64,000 nucleotides of DNA from Schmidtea nova (lineage: Eukaryota): contig CM097883.1 of the NCBI GenBank assembly GCA_044892505.1, forward strand, positions 275,094,001-275,158,000, written 5' to 3'. Within the stretch, counting starts at the first letter, position 1; each line of letters starts with the position of its first letter. Of the stretch, positions 21,201-30,488 are shown one piece after another. The notes beneath the pieces were generated by a model. That model saw only the letters and a list, made by a program, of their open reading frames with translations, had not been told where the DNA came from and searched no databases. A program made the translations under genes and the position numbers.

Positions 21201-24200
21201 GATACACATACGATCGCCGTAATGTCATCAAACACAGGTCCGGTATTAACCACGACAATAGAAATTAACGGAAGAGAAATCGAAGCAATGATCGACACTG
21301 GAGCAAACATTTCCGCCATCGACATCAAATGGATACCACAAGAGCAAAGACGGGAAATAGAAAGGACAAACGTCCATGTAATTGCATGTAGCAAAGAAGT
21401 TGTAGAAGTAGCAGGAAGATGGTGGGTAAAAATACGCCACTTAAACACGGAAATCGATACATACGTAGCTGTTATAACAGCATTAAGCGTACCTTGCATT
21501 ATCGGAACAGATTTGATGCCAGCATTATTTAAAGAGATTGTAATCGATCTCGGAACAATGAGACTAAAGGATCGCACAGGACAAATATGCGCAATAGAAG
21601 CCAAAGTGACAAGTTCAAAGCAAATGATAATACCCGCAAGAAAGGAGAAAATATGTTACGTAAAAATAGATCCGACAATCCAAGGGGATATGATTTTCGA
21701 ACCAAGTAAGAGATTCGAGAAAAGAAAAGCGTTGCCAATGGCAAGAGGACTAGTCAACATAAATGACGATGGAGAAATCCCAATAAACGTAGTAAACTTC
21801 GATGAAGAGGACAAAATAATATACGAAAACGAAAGATTAGGTAAATTAACCCCAATGATGGATATCGAACTGCCAATAGAAGGAGCAGAGAAAGATAAAG
21901 AACCAACCTGGAATATAGATAGTGAATTATTAAATGAGGATCAAAGGAAGCAGTTAGAAAAACTCCTGATAGAGTATAAGGATATATTTGCAGCATCCGA
22001 TTTGGATCTAGGAACATGTGATGTCACACTACATACAATACCATTAACAGATGAAACACCAATTGCATTAAGGCCGTACAAATTAGCGGAAGCACAGAAA
22101 GCAGTAGCAGAAGCAGAAGTGAAAAAAATGTTGGATGCAGAAGTAATCGAACCAAGTTGTTCACCCTGGCAATTTCCAGTGGTAATGGTGAAGAAGAAAG
22201 ACGGAACACAGAGATTCTGTATAGATTACCGAAGATTGAATACAGTGACAAAACGAGATACTTACCCATTACCAGACATCAACGAGATGCTACTAACATT
22301 ACAAGGAGCAGCATATTTTACGTCGTTAGATCTGAAAAGCGGATATTGGCAAATAAAAATGAAGGAAGAAGATAAAGAGAAAACTGCCTTTACCATCGGT
22401 AGAGACCTATATCAATTTCGAAAGATGCCATTTGGATTAACGAACGCACCAGCATCATTTCAGAGATGCATGAATTTCGTCACCCATGGAATAAAGCAGT
22501 GCATGGTCTACATCGACGATTTATTAATTTATTCTAGTACATTTGAACAACACATACAAGATATTCGAGATGTATTCGTTAGACTTAGACAATGGAAGTT
22601 AAAACTCAAGCCATCAAAATGCGATTGGGCAAAAGAAAAGGTTACATTTTTAGGACATATAGTGTCAGCAAAAGGAAAAGAACCGGATCCTAGAAATATC
22701 GACAAGGTAAAAGAATGTCCAGTGCCAAAAACAATAACCCAAATACAAGAATTTCTCGGACTATGTGGATATTATAGAAAGTTTATAAAAGATTACGCCG
22801 GAATAGCAAAACCTATACAGGAGCTGGTAAAGAAAGATGTATCATTCATATGGGGAGATGAACAACAAATAGCCTTTGAAACGTTGAGAGATAAATTGAT
22901 AACCGCACCCATATTGGTACACCCAGACTTTAAGAAGCCATTCCTACTTGCAACAGATGCAAGCGGATATGCAGCAGGAGCAGTATTAGGACAATACGAC
23001 GACGAAGGAAAAGAACGGGTAATCGGATATTATAGCCGAACATTCAAAAAGCATGAGAAAAATTACTCAGTGACAGAACGGGAAGCATTAGCGATTATAT
23101 TAGCGATTAAACATTTTAAATACCTATTATGGGGACACATCATCTGCATAACAACAGATCACCAACCGCTTGTATGGTTAGGACAGCACAAGGAAACATC
23201 CAGTAGATTAATGCGATGGGCAATGCAGTTACAGGAGTACTCACCAGACATTAAATTTAAATCAGGACGAGCGAATGCGAATGCAGATTGTATGTCAAGA
23301 CTGACATTTCCAGAACTAACCGATCCTGATGTACAACGAATTTGTGTATTAATAGCGGAGGATTTAGATTTTAGTGAGTTAAAGAAAGATCAACAAGAAG
23401 ACAAAGAATTAGGACAAATCATAGAGTTCCTAACATCTCGAAATATGGAAGTATTCAAGGATAATAAGGAATTAAAGGAACATATAGGAAAATATCAACA
23501 TCGCTACATAATAAATAAAGGATGGTTATTAATACAAGACGGGGAAAAGAGATTGATGTGTTTACCGGAAAACAGAAGGAAAGAGATAATGATCCAGTAC
23601 CATGATGGGAAACTAGGAGGTCATATGTCCGAGAAAAAGACAATAAATCGTATGAGACAAAAATATTATTGGCGAACAATGGAAGAAGATATAAAGGAAT
23701 GGATTAAAAATTGTCTAACTTGCGCAACCAGAAAGGATAGTGGGAAGAAATGGAAGAACCCACTACAACCAATGCCGATACCAGCAGAGCCAATGACAAC
23801 TATAGCAATGGACGTAATAGGACCATTACCAGAAAGTTTAAACGGAAATATTTATATATTGGTAATAACGGATTATTTGACGAAATTCCCGGAAGCATTT
23901 GCCATGCAAGACCAAAAAGCAAAAACCGTAGCAAAAATTCTAGTGGAAGAAATATGTTGCAGATACGGAACTCCAAAACAAATACTCACAGACCAAGGAA
24001 CTAATTTTATGAGTGAATTATTGAACGAGGTGACAAACTACTTCAGAATAGCAAAATTGAGAACTTCACCATATCACCCGCAAACGAATGGACAAACGGA
24101 GCGATTCAACGGCACATTGATTAGAATGTTATCAAACTACGTCAGCAGACACCAAACTGACTGGGATGAATACATAAAATTATGTTTAATGGCATACCGA

Positions 24201-27200
24201 ATGTCGATACATGCAGCAACAAAACTAAGCCCATTTCAACTTATGTATGGAAGAGAATGCAACATGCCCATAGATTTAGAGTATCAGCCACCATTATCGC
24301 AATATATGGAAGATGACGACTACGTAACCAAATTCAAAGAAAGAATGCAGGAGATATGGAAAACGGCAGAACTCAACATTAAATTCTATCAGGAAAGTTA
24401 TAAGGATTTACACGACCAGAAGAAAAATGTTAAAGCAAACGACCTAAAACCAGGAGATTGGGTGATAATAGAAACTCCCGAAATAATACCAGGAACTGTT
24501 AAGAAACTCCAAAGACCTGGAAGAGGACCTTATGAAATTATATACAAAAAGGACAACAATGTCAAAGTTAAGCTAATAAATAGACCGTTAATACGACCCA
24601 TATATGTAAACACCTGCAGATGTAAGAAAGTGCCTAAAACGATAACTACAACACCAGAAAATCGAATAATAACCAGATCACAAACAGCCAGGATAAATAT
24701 GCTCAGAGCTAATGCAACTGAAGACGACAAAGCAGAAATAAGGCAAAAAGAAATCAGAAATAAAGAGATCATATTGAAGGCGAGAGAAATAATGGGAAGA
24801 TGGCATGTTAAAGACGAAGTAGGCATATCAAGGGACATTAGACATATAATTAGCCGTTACGCACAAGGATTGCCAACCGAACCAATTATTTCGGATTTAT
24901 TGGAAAAAATCCCGGAAATACTCTTATTGAAAGATGTAGGAGGACAACCGGCCTTACATAATGCGATTCAGTGTAAAAACATTGAAAGAGCAAAAGAATT
25001 CTTGAAAATCGCAAAAGAAACAAACCAAAACCTAGACGTTGGGAATCGTGAACAAGAAACTCCATTAATGACAGCCGCAATCCACCAAGCAGATAAAGAA
25101 ATGATAGATCTATTGATAAAAGCTCATTTCAGTTGGACAGAACGAGATAGAGAGGACAAAACAGTGCTAAATCACGTAATATGGAGTTCTCACCAACCAA
25201 TGCTGGAATACATAATAGCTAACTCCACTTGGGAGATAGACGAACTAGTTAAAGGAGACATTATCAAAGAGGCAATCAAAATTGGTAAATGCAACACGAT
25301 CCGTAAGTTAATCAAATGGAAACGACCAGAAGATGATACATGGGTCTTAGACATAAACGAAGTATACAGCGAAGGACAAAACGCACTGTTAAGATACCTT
25401 TTGAAATTTACTTGTGATCAGAAGACATTACTAACCTTATTAGACAGAGGAAACATAAACATCACAAAGAATGAAGAAGAATACAAATTCGATAAAGAGA
25501 AGGAAGCCTTATTCAATAAGATTAGGAAATGGTGTGCGAAACCACTTGATAAACTAATAACATACAAAGACATAAACAATTTTAACGAGAAATACCAGAC
25601 GATAGTAAGCGAATATGAGGAATTAGTAAAAATCTTAAACCATCCCGAAAAATGCAAACAGGTTTTAGAGAAAAAAGAAAGAGAAAGTAACAAGAAACTC
25701 ACACCACTCTTCAAAGCAGAAGCACCATACCAAGCTAGACTAGATGCGATACAAGAAAAAGCAAAAGAATTGTTACCGGAATTCGAGAATAGTAAACATG
25801 CACTGGAAATACTCGGCGCATTAGTTGAAAAAGTACACGCATACGCAAAAGGAACATACAATGGTAACGACATAGTAATAATAAAAAAGGAGATGCCAGT
25901 AACATTCCTATTACCAAAAGACGGAATAATGCCCATACATAGAGCTCTACGAAATGGCAAAGATAGGAAAGTAATGGAAATTGCAAGAGTAATGCTAAAT
26001 TGCGGAAGCAATATGAATATGATAGACGAGAAAGGAGATACACTTATGATATTTGCAGCAAGGGCCAAAACGAAAACAAAGGTATTAGAAGAACTATACA
26101 AAGCAGGTGCAGGACTTACAGGAAAGACAGATAAAGATAATTCGATATTGGATGTAGCATTATTAACACACAATTGGGAAATGGTCAATTTCATTAAAAC
26201 CGTCCCAAATCAGGAAGAAATAGATCACCTAACTGATACGGTCAAGAAACCCAGTGTACTAGCAATGATGAACAACGTCGAACTAACAGAATCAATACTT
26301 ACGTGGATAAATCCTAATACTAACGAACCAGCATTCAGGATTAATAAGTTTACAGAACATAACCAAAACTGGTGTATAAGAAGTGCCTTAATAACGTATA
26401 AATGGCCAGAGATATTGAAGATGTTTATGGAAAGAAAAGATCTAAAAATCACAACCAGCCCGAAAGAGGAAAAATACACAGGCAAATGGAAAGAATTGAT
26501 GAAGACATACATCAACAATTGGATCAAGGCCAAAAAGGAAATCTTGGAACATAAATCCACTAACAAAGTAATACCGGAGCAGGTAGAAACACAAGAATTT
26601 GAGGCAAGTAATCTAACGACATTAGCATATGCAAAATTGATAGAAGAAATCAATGTCGAGGACGACATTTTCGACGAGCCAGGGGGAGATGACAACACAG
26701 ATAGTGACGACGGTAACAACTCAGAAAATTCAAGCGATCACGAACCACCCGATAAAGAGGAAAACGAGAGAAAAGACAAGAAACGAGACAAGGAAGGAAA
26801 GAAAGGTGAGGACGAAAAACAAAGAGATGAAGAGAGAGAACAAGGAACAAACGACCAAGGAGATAAAAATGACACCCAAAGAACAGGTTATAAATCAACC
26901 ATAAAACCATTCTTCAAACCAGAATTACTATTACTAACAATGATTATAACGTTAATTAATCCAAGTCAGGGAATGACATGTGAAGAAAGGGCAATAATAC
27001 AAATAAAAAACGCAAAAGGAATCGAACGAGTATGTTGGTCGAAAAAGGACAAAATCACGGAACAAAATAGCCCGATGGATTGCAGAATCTCAGAACACGA
27101 GCAAGAAATCATAGAGATCAACGACCTAGATCTAGATACCTGGTACAAAATATGCACCGTTAGGAAACAAAAGCATCCAAGATCACACAACACAATCGCA

Positions 27201-30200
27201 TGTGCAAAATACCAAACACCTAAAGCAGCCATGACAATACAACAGTCACCCAAAGGAGATTACATCATCGGAAAATGTGGAAGAACAGAGACACAGGGAA
27301 CAGAAAACAAAAAACCCCAGGCAATAGATAAGCAAACAACACCAACCCTACGAATTACAATAGAGAGGCCCGAAACAAGAATTGCCACAAACGAAACCGA
27401 AAGAGTGTCTTACCAAATGGAAGTATTATGCTTAGCACTCATACTAATAATGATAAAACGATTAGAGGAAGGAATAGAAATTGAAACTATGACAATAACA
27501 GAAGTAGAAGATACACAGAATACTAACATAAAATGTTGGGCGAGGAATAACGAGGAAATCGGCGTAAATGAAATAAGGAAAAGTCGAAAACCAACAACGA
27601 ATAAAGTAATTAAAGTATCCGAAGTAAAAGCAGATAAGACGTACAAACTATGCCTACTAGAAAAAGAGACAAACAAGAAAGGTACCACAAAATGCAAAAC
27701 ATTTCAACCCGGAGAAGTAATAAAGTTCAGAAGGAGAACGAGGAAGAGAAATAAACAAATCAAGCGGAAAATGAACATAACATTAGAAATAAAAGAGATA
27801 GAACCAAATGTGAAAGGAGTATGCTGGAGGAAGTACGAAAAAGAAACAAATAAAAGAACGACACCACAATGTCAAACAAGCACAGGAGCAACGACGATTC
27901 AAATAAAAGGTTTAGAAAGTAAACAAACTTACGAAATATGTCTGATAAAGAAAAATGATCAGATAACGATAAACGATCTAGAATGCGGAATATACACCAC
28001 TTCATCCGGAACAAGAACTAAAACGATAACACGAAAAAATAAAAGAAGACAACGAAACAAAGGGAAACCGAAGTACACCACTACCTTTAAAAACAATAAA
28101 CAACCGATAAGCCAAGAAGTTACGACAAAACCCGAGAAAAAGACATCAGCAACTCTGACATTATGGAAAATAGAGAATAAAACATTGGAGATATGTTGGA
28201 TAATAGTTCAGAAACATATAAGAAGACAATCAAGAGAGTGCAGAAAAACAAATAAAGAAATCAAGATCGAAAAACTACAATTTAATAGCGAGTATGAAGT
28301 ATGTACAATAGAAAAGACGGACGCACTAGGAAACCAACAAGAAAGATGCGAAACCTACTATACACCAGCGAACGCAACATCAAAAGGAATAACAAGGAAA
28401 CTCGAATTCAGGGAACTAAGCCAAACGAATGAACAAATGGACGCAGAAAAAACAATAACCGACCCTCAAGCAAAATGGACACCCGAAGAAGTTATCAAAG
28501 AAGTCAAAAGAAAGCAAGAGGAACGAGAACAATTAATGAGAAAACTAAAGGGACAATACGGAATAATGTTCAACCAAAGCGAACCTATACAAACAGACGA
28601 GAATAAAGAAATTAAAGAACTAATCGGCTTAGGAATATTAACAGCAACCATACCAGTAATAATCGCGTTATCAGCTATATGGATACGCAAGATAAACCCA
28701 AGAAAATCAACAACCCAATGGCTAAATATAGATAATACAAGCCATGGAGTAGAAATACTAGAAGAAAAAGCACGAGAAGAACCAAATAAGAAAGAAGCGA
28801 AAAGCGGAAAACTAGGAATAAACAACAAAGACAAGGAAATAAAAGAGATTAAAGGCGAAGAGAAAAAATATGAAAGGCGAACCAGAAGCCTACCGCAGAG
28901 TTCAAAATGGTTGGGTCTAACAATAATATTGACATTAATCAATAGGGAAGAAGCAACAAACCTACAAGCAGGGATAAAAATAGTAAATGTCCAGGAGGTC
29001 GAGAAAATATGCTGGAATAGAGAGGATGAACCAATTGGGAAAGATAACCCACTAAAATGCATAATCAGAAAATCCGACCAGGATATAGTACGAATAGAAG
29101 GGATGGATAGAGGAATCATGCATCGAATATGCATAATAGGAAAGGAAAAGAAGTCGGGGCTACCTAAGACAGTCGTATGTCAAAAATACGAAACGCCTGG
29201 ACTCGAATGGTATAGAGTAAAACCAACAAAGAAAGAAATCAAAAACACCATAGATCAACCAGCAACTCAGATAAGAAACACAACGGATAAACCAGGAGAA
29301 GGAGAGAAAAGCACCAATAAAACGAGAGAAAGAATATCACCCCAACAGGAGTGCGTATGCATAGCATTAATACTAGCAATGTCCAAACGTATCGATAAAG
29401 GAATAATAATAGAACAAATGGCCATAACAATAAGGAAAACAAGCAGCAACAAACTATGCTGGGGAACATATAACGAACCAAGGAAGGAATACCAAGTTCA
29501 GACAAGCGACGAATCACGAACAAACAAGGAAATCGAAATACAAGAAATACAAATGAATGAAGAAGGAAGTATATGTATATGGGAGAGAGGAATCCAAGAG
29601 GGAATAGAGCATTGCAAGACATTCCAAAAAGGGGAGATACTGAAATTCGATGAAGAAGAATTAACAAAAACAGAAAGAACTCTGACATTAACAGGACTCG
29701 ATCAGACAGTTAAAGGAATATGTTGGACAAAGCATAACCCAGAAGGGGAAGAAGACAACCTAACTCACTGTAGAGAAATAAAGAATAAAGAAAAAGTCGA
29801 ATTAAAGAAAATGGAAGTAAATAGGACATACGCGATATGTACCTTCACCAGAAAAGGTTCAGAAAAACCAGAATGCGGATTATATCAGATCTCAGAGAAA
29901 CTACAACAACAGATCGAACCAGGAAACATGGAAAACCGAACAAAAGAAAATAACGTCAAACAACTACTAAACCGCCATTGGTCTACCCAAGAAGTAATGA
30001 ACAAAGTCAAGAGTCAAATACCGAAAGAGAAGAAGCCAGAGGCTCAAACCCGAAATGAGATAAAAGTAAATCAGAATAAAAACAAAGAAACAAACATGGG
30101 GAAAGCAGTAATAGGATTGATCAGTATGGGAATATTAATAACGTATGGAATACTGACGACAAGCATAATAATATATTGGAGATACAGAAAGAGAAACAAA

Positions 30201-30362
30201 GCGACAGCCATACAATGGCCAGATATTAAAATTATGAAGCAAAGAATAGAAATACCAGAAGAGATACAGCAAGAATTCCAAAGAAGAACGAAAGGTAAAG
30301 AATTCTGGAAACAAATAGAAGATGAAGAACGATACGAGGAAAAGACGATAATGATGGTATAG
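18132..30362 (+). CDS. pol: 4076-aa polyprotein: Bcl-2-like / envelope glycoprotein / PR / RT / RNase H / IN / ankyrin repeats / two FN3 membrane proteins
   Basis: DTGA at 21294, YIDD at 22509, TDAS at 22953, integrase HHCC plus D,D,E and GPY; uninterrupted ORF. Confidence 0.96.
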   Translation: MSPKKQDEQQGLWKQVQEWINDLEVDLRQTQQTVVVRNKDEKRQDQWELCLRKLNKIAEMKEKETTPICQGEEWISKTIMEILAIIDPELRKYWRITEISEKAKSLHSAIAPILPEFIKEKTKSNHLDWQGTTMLIKKLTEGAETDNKYVIAIAYTIYNLLTLRRGRPKPTALERHIKNTAKIIAREIEPYVINKGGWETFIKTNQKKTQAKNMKKKFEKILEELGKEQAGTGNAKSSMNLSAIIMMMLIWMISTDSATAFEVFDCDQMKLGEKYSLRGTEQCKDATPVELQKIKKEQWYHVYQEAELIKTMVNECKVQKTRFAFYCGRGHYSAIVMPGTEREPIVLQGEDCEALFKHGEVTTRDKIKIRGKPGMMMQQTYYVAGRITGGEGYCQGETYPIFGVPATNLVVMDTYIVELKSYEAFFEPTTGEMKTLSMCKIDRSMCQTGMSTLVYKPKVNECQLQLLQGAKFDEIQGKTFQEEDDDDKDRAKHLKEALENKRQLKPDHREKRIEMRATPTVLITTNQDVGMRFIKGKATLKCSTTVYETNYPGIYVSKQEVPNAKPKIDTMDIKLHLYVNNKMDFLFHRGQASLQKVYYDLINNDCILNREILKTKLAVAITNPDSAMPLLPLREGHFGRVVGEAMYVYICEKTHASLAATTQLKPGTCTNELEIDYKGKVRYVQPVTRIINPPGFEPNPFNCSNAYGPLYQKPDGKWVMFPGRSEVIAPREFELMQLSKDRQFSDVDVSNNGIYSPKDLEAARQNILFPARREALLSNIVTITGGTDYREGPNYELLLSPAHFKKATENMMKAMWGRFLIFGQMMAGILGVILIIQIVRVIITQMLACFDIYKREKKVNWKMVVGFLPFLAKTMVLHGHSKDIHRIKRLLKILAKMKGTDEEVGRKFKKIMNDEQARQQLKRERKGLWERMKGYKTQNDSSDDDDDDDDYKGGQVYKNQAPQYIEKNPADAWKCYAPPPTMYQEPLQGGKNSTMQMMPMTNVYPMIPEDYKMRRCRSVDPQGDTHTIAVMSSNTGPVLTTTIEINGREIEAMIDTGANISAIDIKWIPQEQRREIERTNVHVIACSKEVVEVAGRWWVKIRHLNTEIDTYVAVITALSVPCIIGTDLMPALFKEIVIDLGTMRLKDRTGQICAIEAKVTSSKQMIIPARKEKICYVKIDPTIQGDMIFEPSKRFEKRKALPMARGLVNINDDGEIPINVVNFDEEDKIIYENERLGKLTPMMDIELPIEGAEKDKEPTWNIDSELLNEDQRKQLEKLLIEYKDIFAASDLDLGTCDVTLHTIPLTDETPIALRPYKLAEAQKAVAEAEVKKMLDAEVIEPSCSPWQFPVVMVKKKDGTQRFCIDYRRLNTVTKRDTYPLPDINEMLLTLQGAAYFTSLDLKSGYWQIKMKEEDKEKTAFTIGRDLYQFRKMPFGLTNAPASFQRCMNFVTHGIKQCMVYIDDLLIYSSTFEQHIQDIRDVFVRLRQWKLKLKPSKCDWAKEKVTFLGHIVSAKGKEPDPRNIDKVKECPVPKTITQIQEFLGLCGYYRKFIKDYAGIAKPIQELVKKDVSFIWGDEQQIAFETLRDKLITAPILVHPDFKKPFLLATDASGYAAGAVLGQYDDEGKERVIGYYSRTFKKHEKNYSVTEREALAIILAIKHFKYLLWGHIICITTDHQPLVWLGQHKETSSRLMRWAMQLQEYSPDIKFKSGRANANADCMSRLTFPELTDPDVQRICVLIAEDLDFSELKKDQQEDKELGQIIEFLTSRNMEVFKDNKELKEHIGKYQHRYIINKGWLLIQDGEKRLMCLPENRRKEIMIQYHDGKLGGHMSEKKTINRMRQKYYWRTMEEDIKEWIKNCLTCATRKDSGKKWKNPLQPMPIPAEPMTTIAMDVIGPLPESLNGNIYILVITDYLTKFPEAFAMQDQKAKTVAKILVEEICCRYGTPKQILTDQGTNFMSELLNEVTNYFRIAKLRTSPYHPQTNGQTERFNGTLIRMLSNYVSRHQTDWDEYIKLCLMAYRMSIHAATKLSPFQLMYGRECNMPIDLEYQPPLSQYMEDDDYVTKFKERMQEIWKTAELNIKFYQESYKDLHDQKKNVKANDLKPGDWVIIETPEIIPGTVKKLQRPGRGPYEIIYKKDNNVKVKLINRPLIRPIYVNTCRCKKVPKTITTTPENRIITRSQTARINMLRANATEDDKAEIRQKEIRNKEIILKAREIMGRWHVKDEVGISRDIRHIISRYAQGLPTEPIISDLLEKIPEILLLKDVGGQPALHNAIQCKNIERAKEFLKIAKETNQNLDVGNREQETPLMTAAIHQADKEMIDLLIKAHFSWTERDREDKTVLNHVIWSSHQPMLEYIIANSTWEIDELVKGDIIKEAIKIGKCNTIRKLIKWKRPEDDTWVLDINEVYSEGQNALLRYLLKFTCDQKTLLTLLDRGNINITKNEEEYKFDKEKEALFNKIRKWCAKPLDKLITYKDINNFNEKYQTIVSEYEELVKILNHPEKCKQVLEKKERESNKKLTPLFKAEAPYQARLDAIQEKAKELLPEFENSKHALEILGALVEKVHAYAKGTYNGNDIVIIKKEMPVTFLLPKDGIMPIHRALRNGKDRKVMEIARVMLNCGSNMNMIDEKGDTLMIFAARAKTKTKVLEELYKAGAGLTGKTDKDNSILDVALLTHNWEMVNFIKTVPNQEEIDHLTDTVKKPSVLAMMNNVELTESILTWINPNTNEPAFRINKFTEHNQNWCIRSALITYKWPEILKMFMERKDLKITTSPKEEKYTGKWKELMKTYINNWIKAKKEILEHKSTNKVIPEQVETQEFEASNLTTLAYAKLIEEINVEDDIFDEPGGDDNTDSDDGNNSENSSDHEPPDKEENERKDKKRDKEGKKGEDEKQRDEEREQGTNDQGDKNDTQRTGYKSTIKPFFKPELLLLTMIITLINPSQGMTCEERAIIQIKNAKGIERVCWSKKDKITEQNSPMDCRISEHEQEIIEINDLDLDTWYKICTVRKQKHPRSHNTIACAKYQTPKAAMTIQQSPKGDYIIGKCGRTETQGTENKKPQAIDKQTTPTLRITIERPETRIATNETERVSYQMEVLCLALILIMIKRLEEGIEIETMTITEVEDTQNTNIKCWARNNEEIGVNEIRKSRKPTTNKVIKVSEVKADKTYKLCLLEKETNKKGTTKCKTFQPGEVIKFRRRTRKRNKQIKRKMNITLEIKEIEPNVKGVCWRKYEKETNKRTTPQCQTSTGATTIQIKGLESKQTYEICLIKKNDQITINDLECGIYTTSSGTRTKTITRKNKRRQRNKGKPKYTTTFKNNKQPISQEVTTKPEKKTSATLTLWKIENKTLEICWIIVQKHIRRQSRECRKTNKEIKIEKLQFNSEYEVCTIEKTDALGNQQERCETYYTPANATSKGITRKLEFRELSQTNEQMDAEKTITDPQAKWTPEEVIKEVKRKQEEREQLMRKLKGQYGIMFNQSEPIQTDENKEIKELIGLGILTATIPVIIALSAIWIRKINPRKSTTQWLNIDNTSHGVEILEEKAREEPNKKEAKSGKLGINNKDKEIKEIKGEEKKYERRTRSLPQSSKWLGLTIILTLINREEATNLQAGIKIVNVQEVEKICWNREDEPIGKDNPLKCIIRKSDQDIVRIEGMDRGIMHRICIIGKEKKSGLPKTVVCQKYETPGLEWYRVKPTKKEIKNTIDQPATQIRNTTDKPGEGEKSTNKTRERISPQQECVCIALILAMSKRIDKGIIIEQMAITIRKTSSNKLCWGTYNEPRKEYQVQTSDESRTNKEIEIQEIQMNEEGSICIWERGIQEGIEHCKTFQKGEILKFDEEELTKTERTLTLTGLDQTVKGICWTKHNPEGEEDNLTHCREIKNKEKVELKKMEVNRTYAICTFTRKGSEKPECGLYQISEKLQQQIEPGNMENRTKENNVKQLLNRHWSTQEVMNKVKSQIPKEKKPEAQTRNEIKVNQNKNKETNMGKAVIGLISMGILITYGILTTSIIIYWRYRKRNKATAIQWPDIKIMKQRIEIPEEIQQEFQRRTKGKEFWKQIEDEERYEEKTIMMV
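18354..18740 (+). other. Bcl-2-like domain within the polyprotein
   Basis: Helical domain ending in BH2-like YVINKGGWETFI, with a hydrophobic alpha5-like NKYVIAIAYTIYNLL in the BH1 position. Confidence 0.65.
18846..20690 (+). other. Chuvirus-type envelope glycoprotein domain (signal peptide, Cys-rich ectodomain, TM)
   Basis: Signal MNLSAIIMMMLIWMISTDSATA; motifs FEVFDC, FYCGRGHYS, LYVNNKM, YYDLINNDCILNREIL, VGEAMYVYIC, NNGIYSPKDL...ILFP in the order recalled for chuvirus G; TM from 20586. Confidence 0.8.
21210..24640 (+). other. Core Pol: aspartic protease, reverse transcriptase, RNase H, integrase
   Basis: IDTGA; RFCIDYRRLN, DLKSGYWQI, MPFGLTNAPASFQR, YIDD; TDAS...YSVTEREALA...TDHQPL; H-H-C-C, AMD, TDQG, QTNGQTER, GPY. 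Confidence 0.98.
24930..26190 (+). other. Two clusters of ankyrin repeats after integrase
   Basis: GQPALHNAI, ETPLMTAA, KTVLNHVI; GIMPIHRAL, GDTLMIFAA, NSILDVAL, spaced about 33 aa apart. Confidence 0.85.
26925..28685 (+). other. Type I membrane protein module 1: signal, four FN3-like repeats, TM
   Basis: LLLLTMIITLINPSQG; four CW...L..x.Y.IC...C..Y/F.T repeats; TM LIGLGILTATIPVIIALSAIW. Confidence 0.7.
28908..30185 (+). other. Type I membrane protein module 2: signal, three FN3-like repeats, TM (paralogue of module 1)
   Basis: WLGLTIILTLINREEA; three similar repeats; TM AVIGLISMGILITYGILTTSIIIYW followed by RYRKR. Confidence 0.7.
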
Positions 30363-30488
30363 GGGCGGATTATGACTGTAAATAATAGTGTAAATAACAA
30401 AGCATTACCGTAATAGTATGGGTATCGATATTATAAAAAATTGTAAAAAGCTAGAAAAACAAAGTAAATGATGTATATAATTTAGAAA

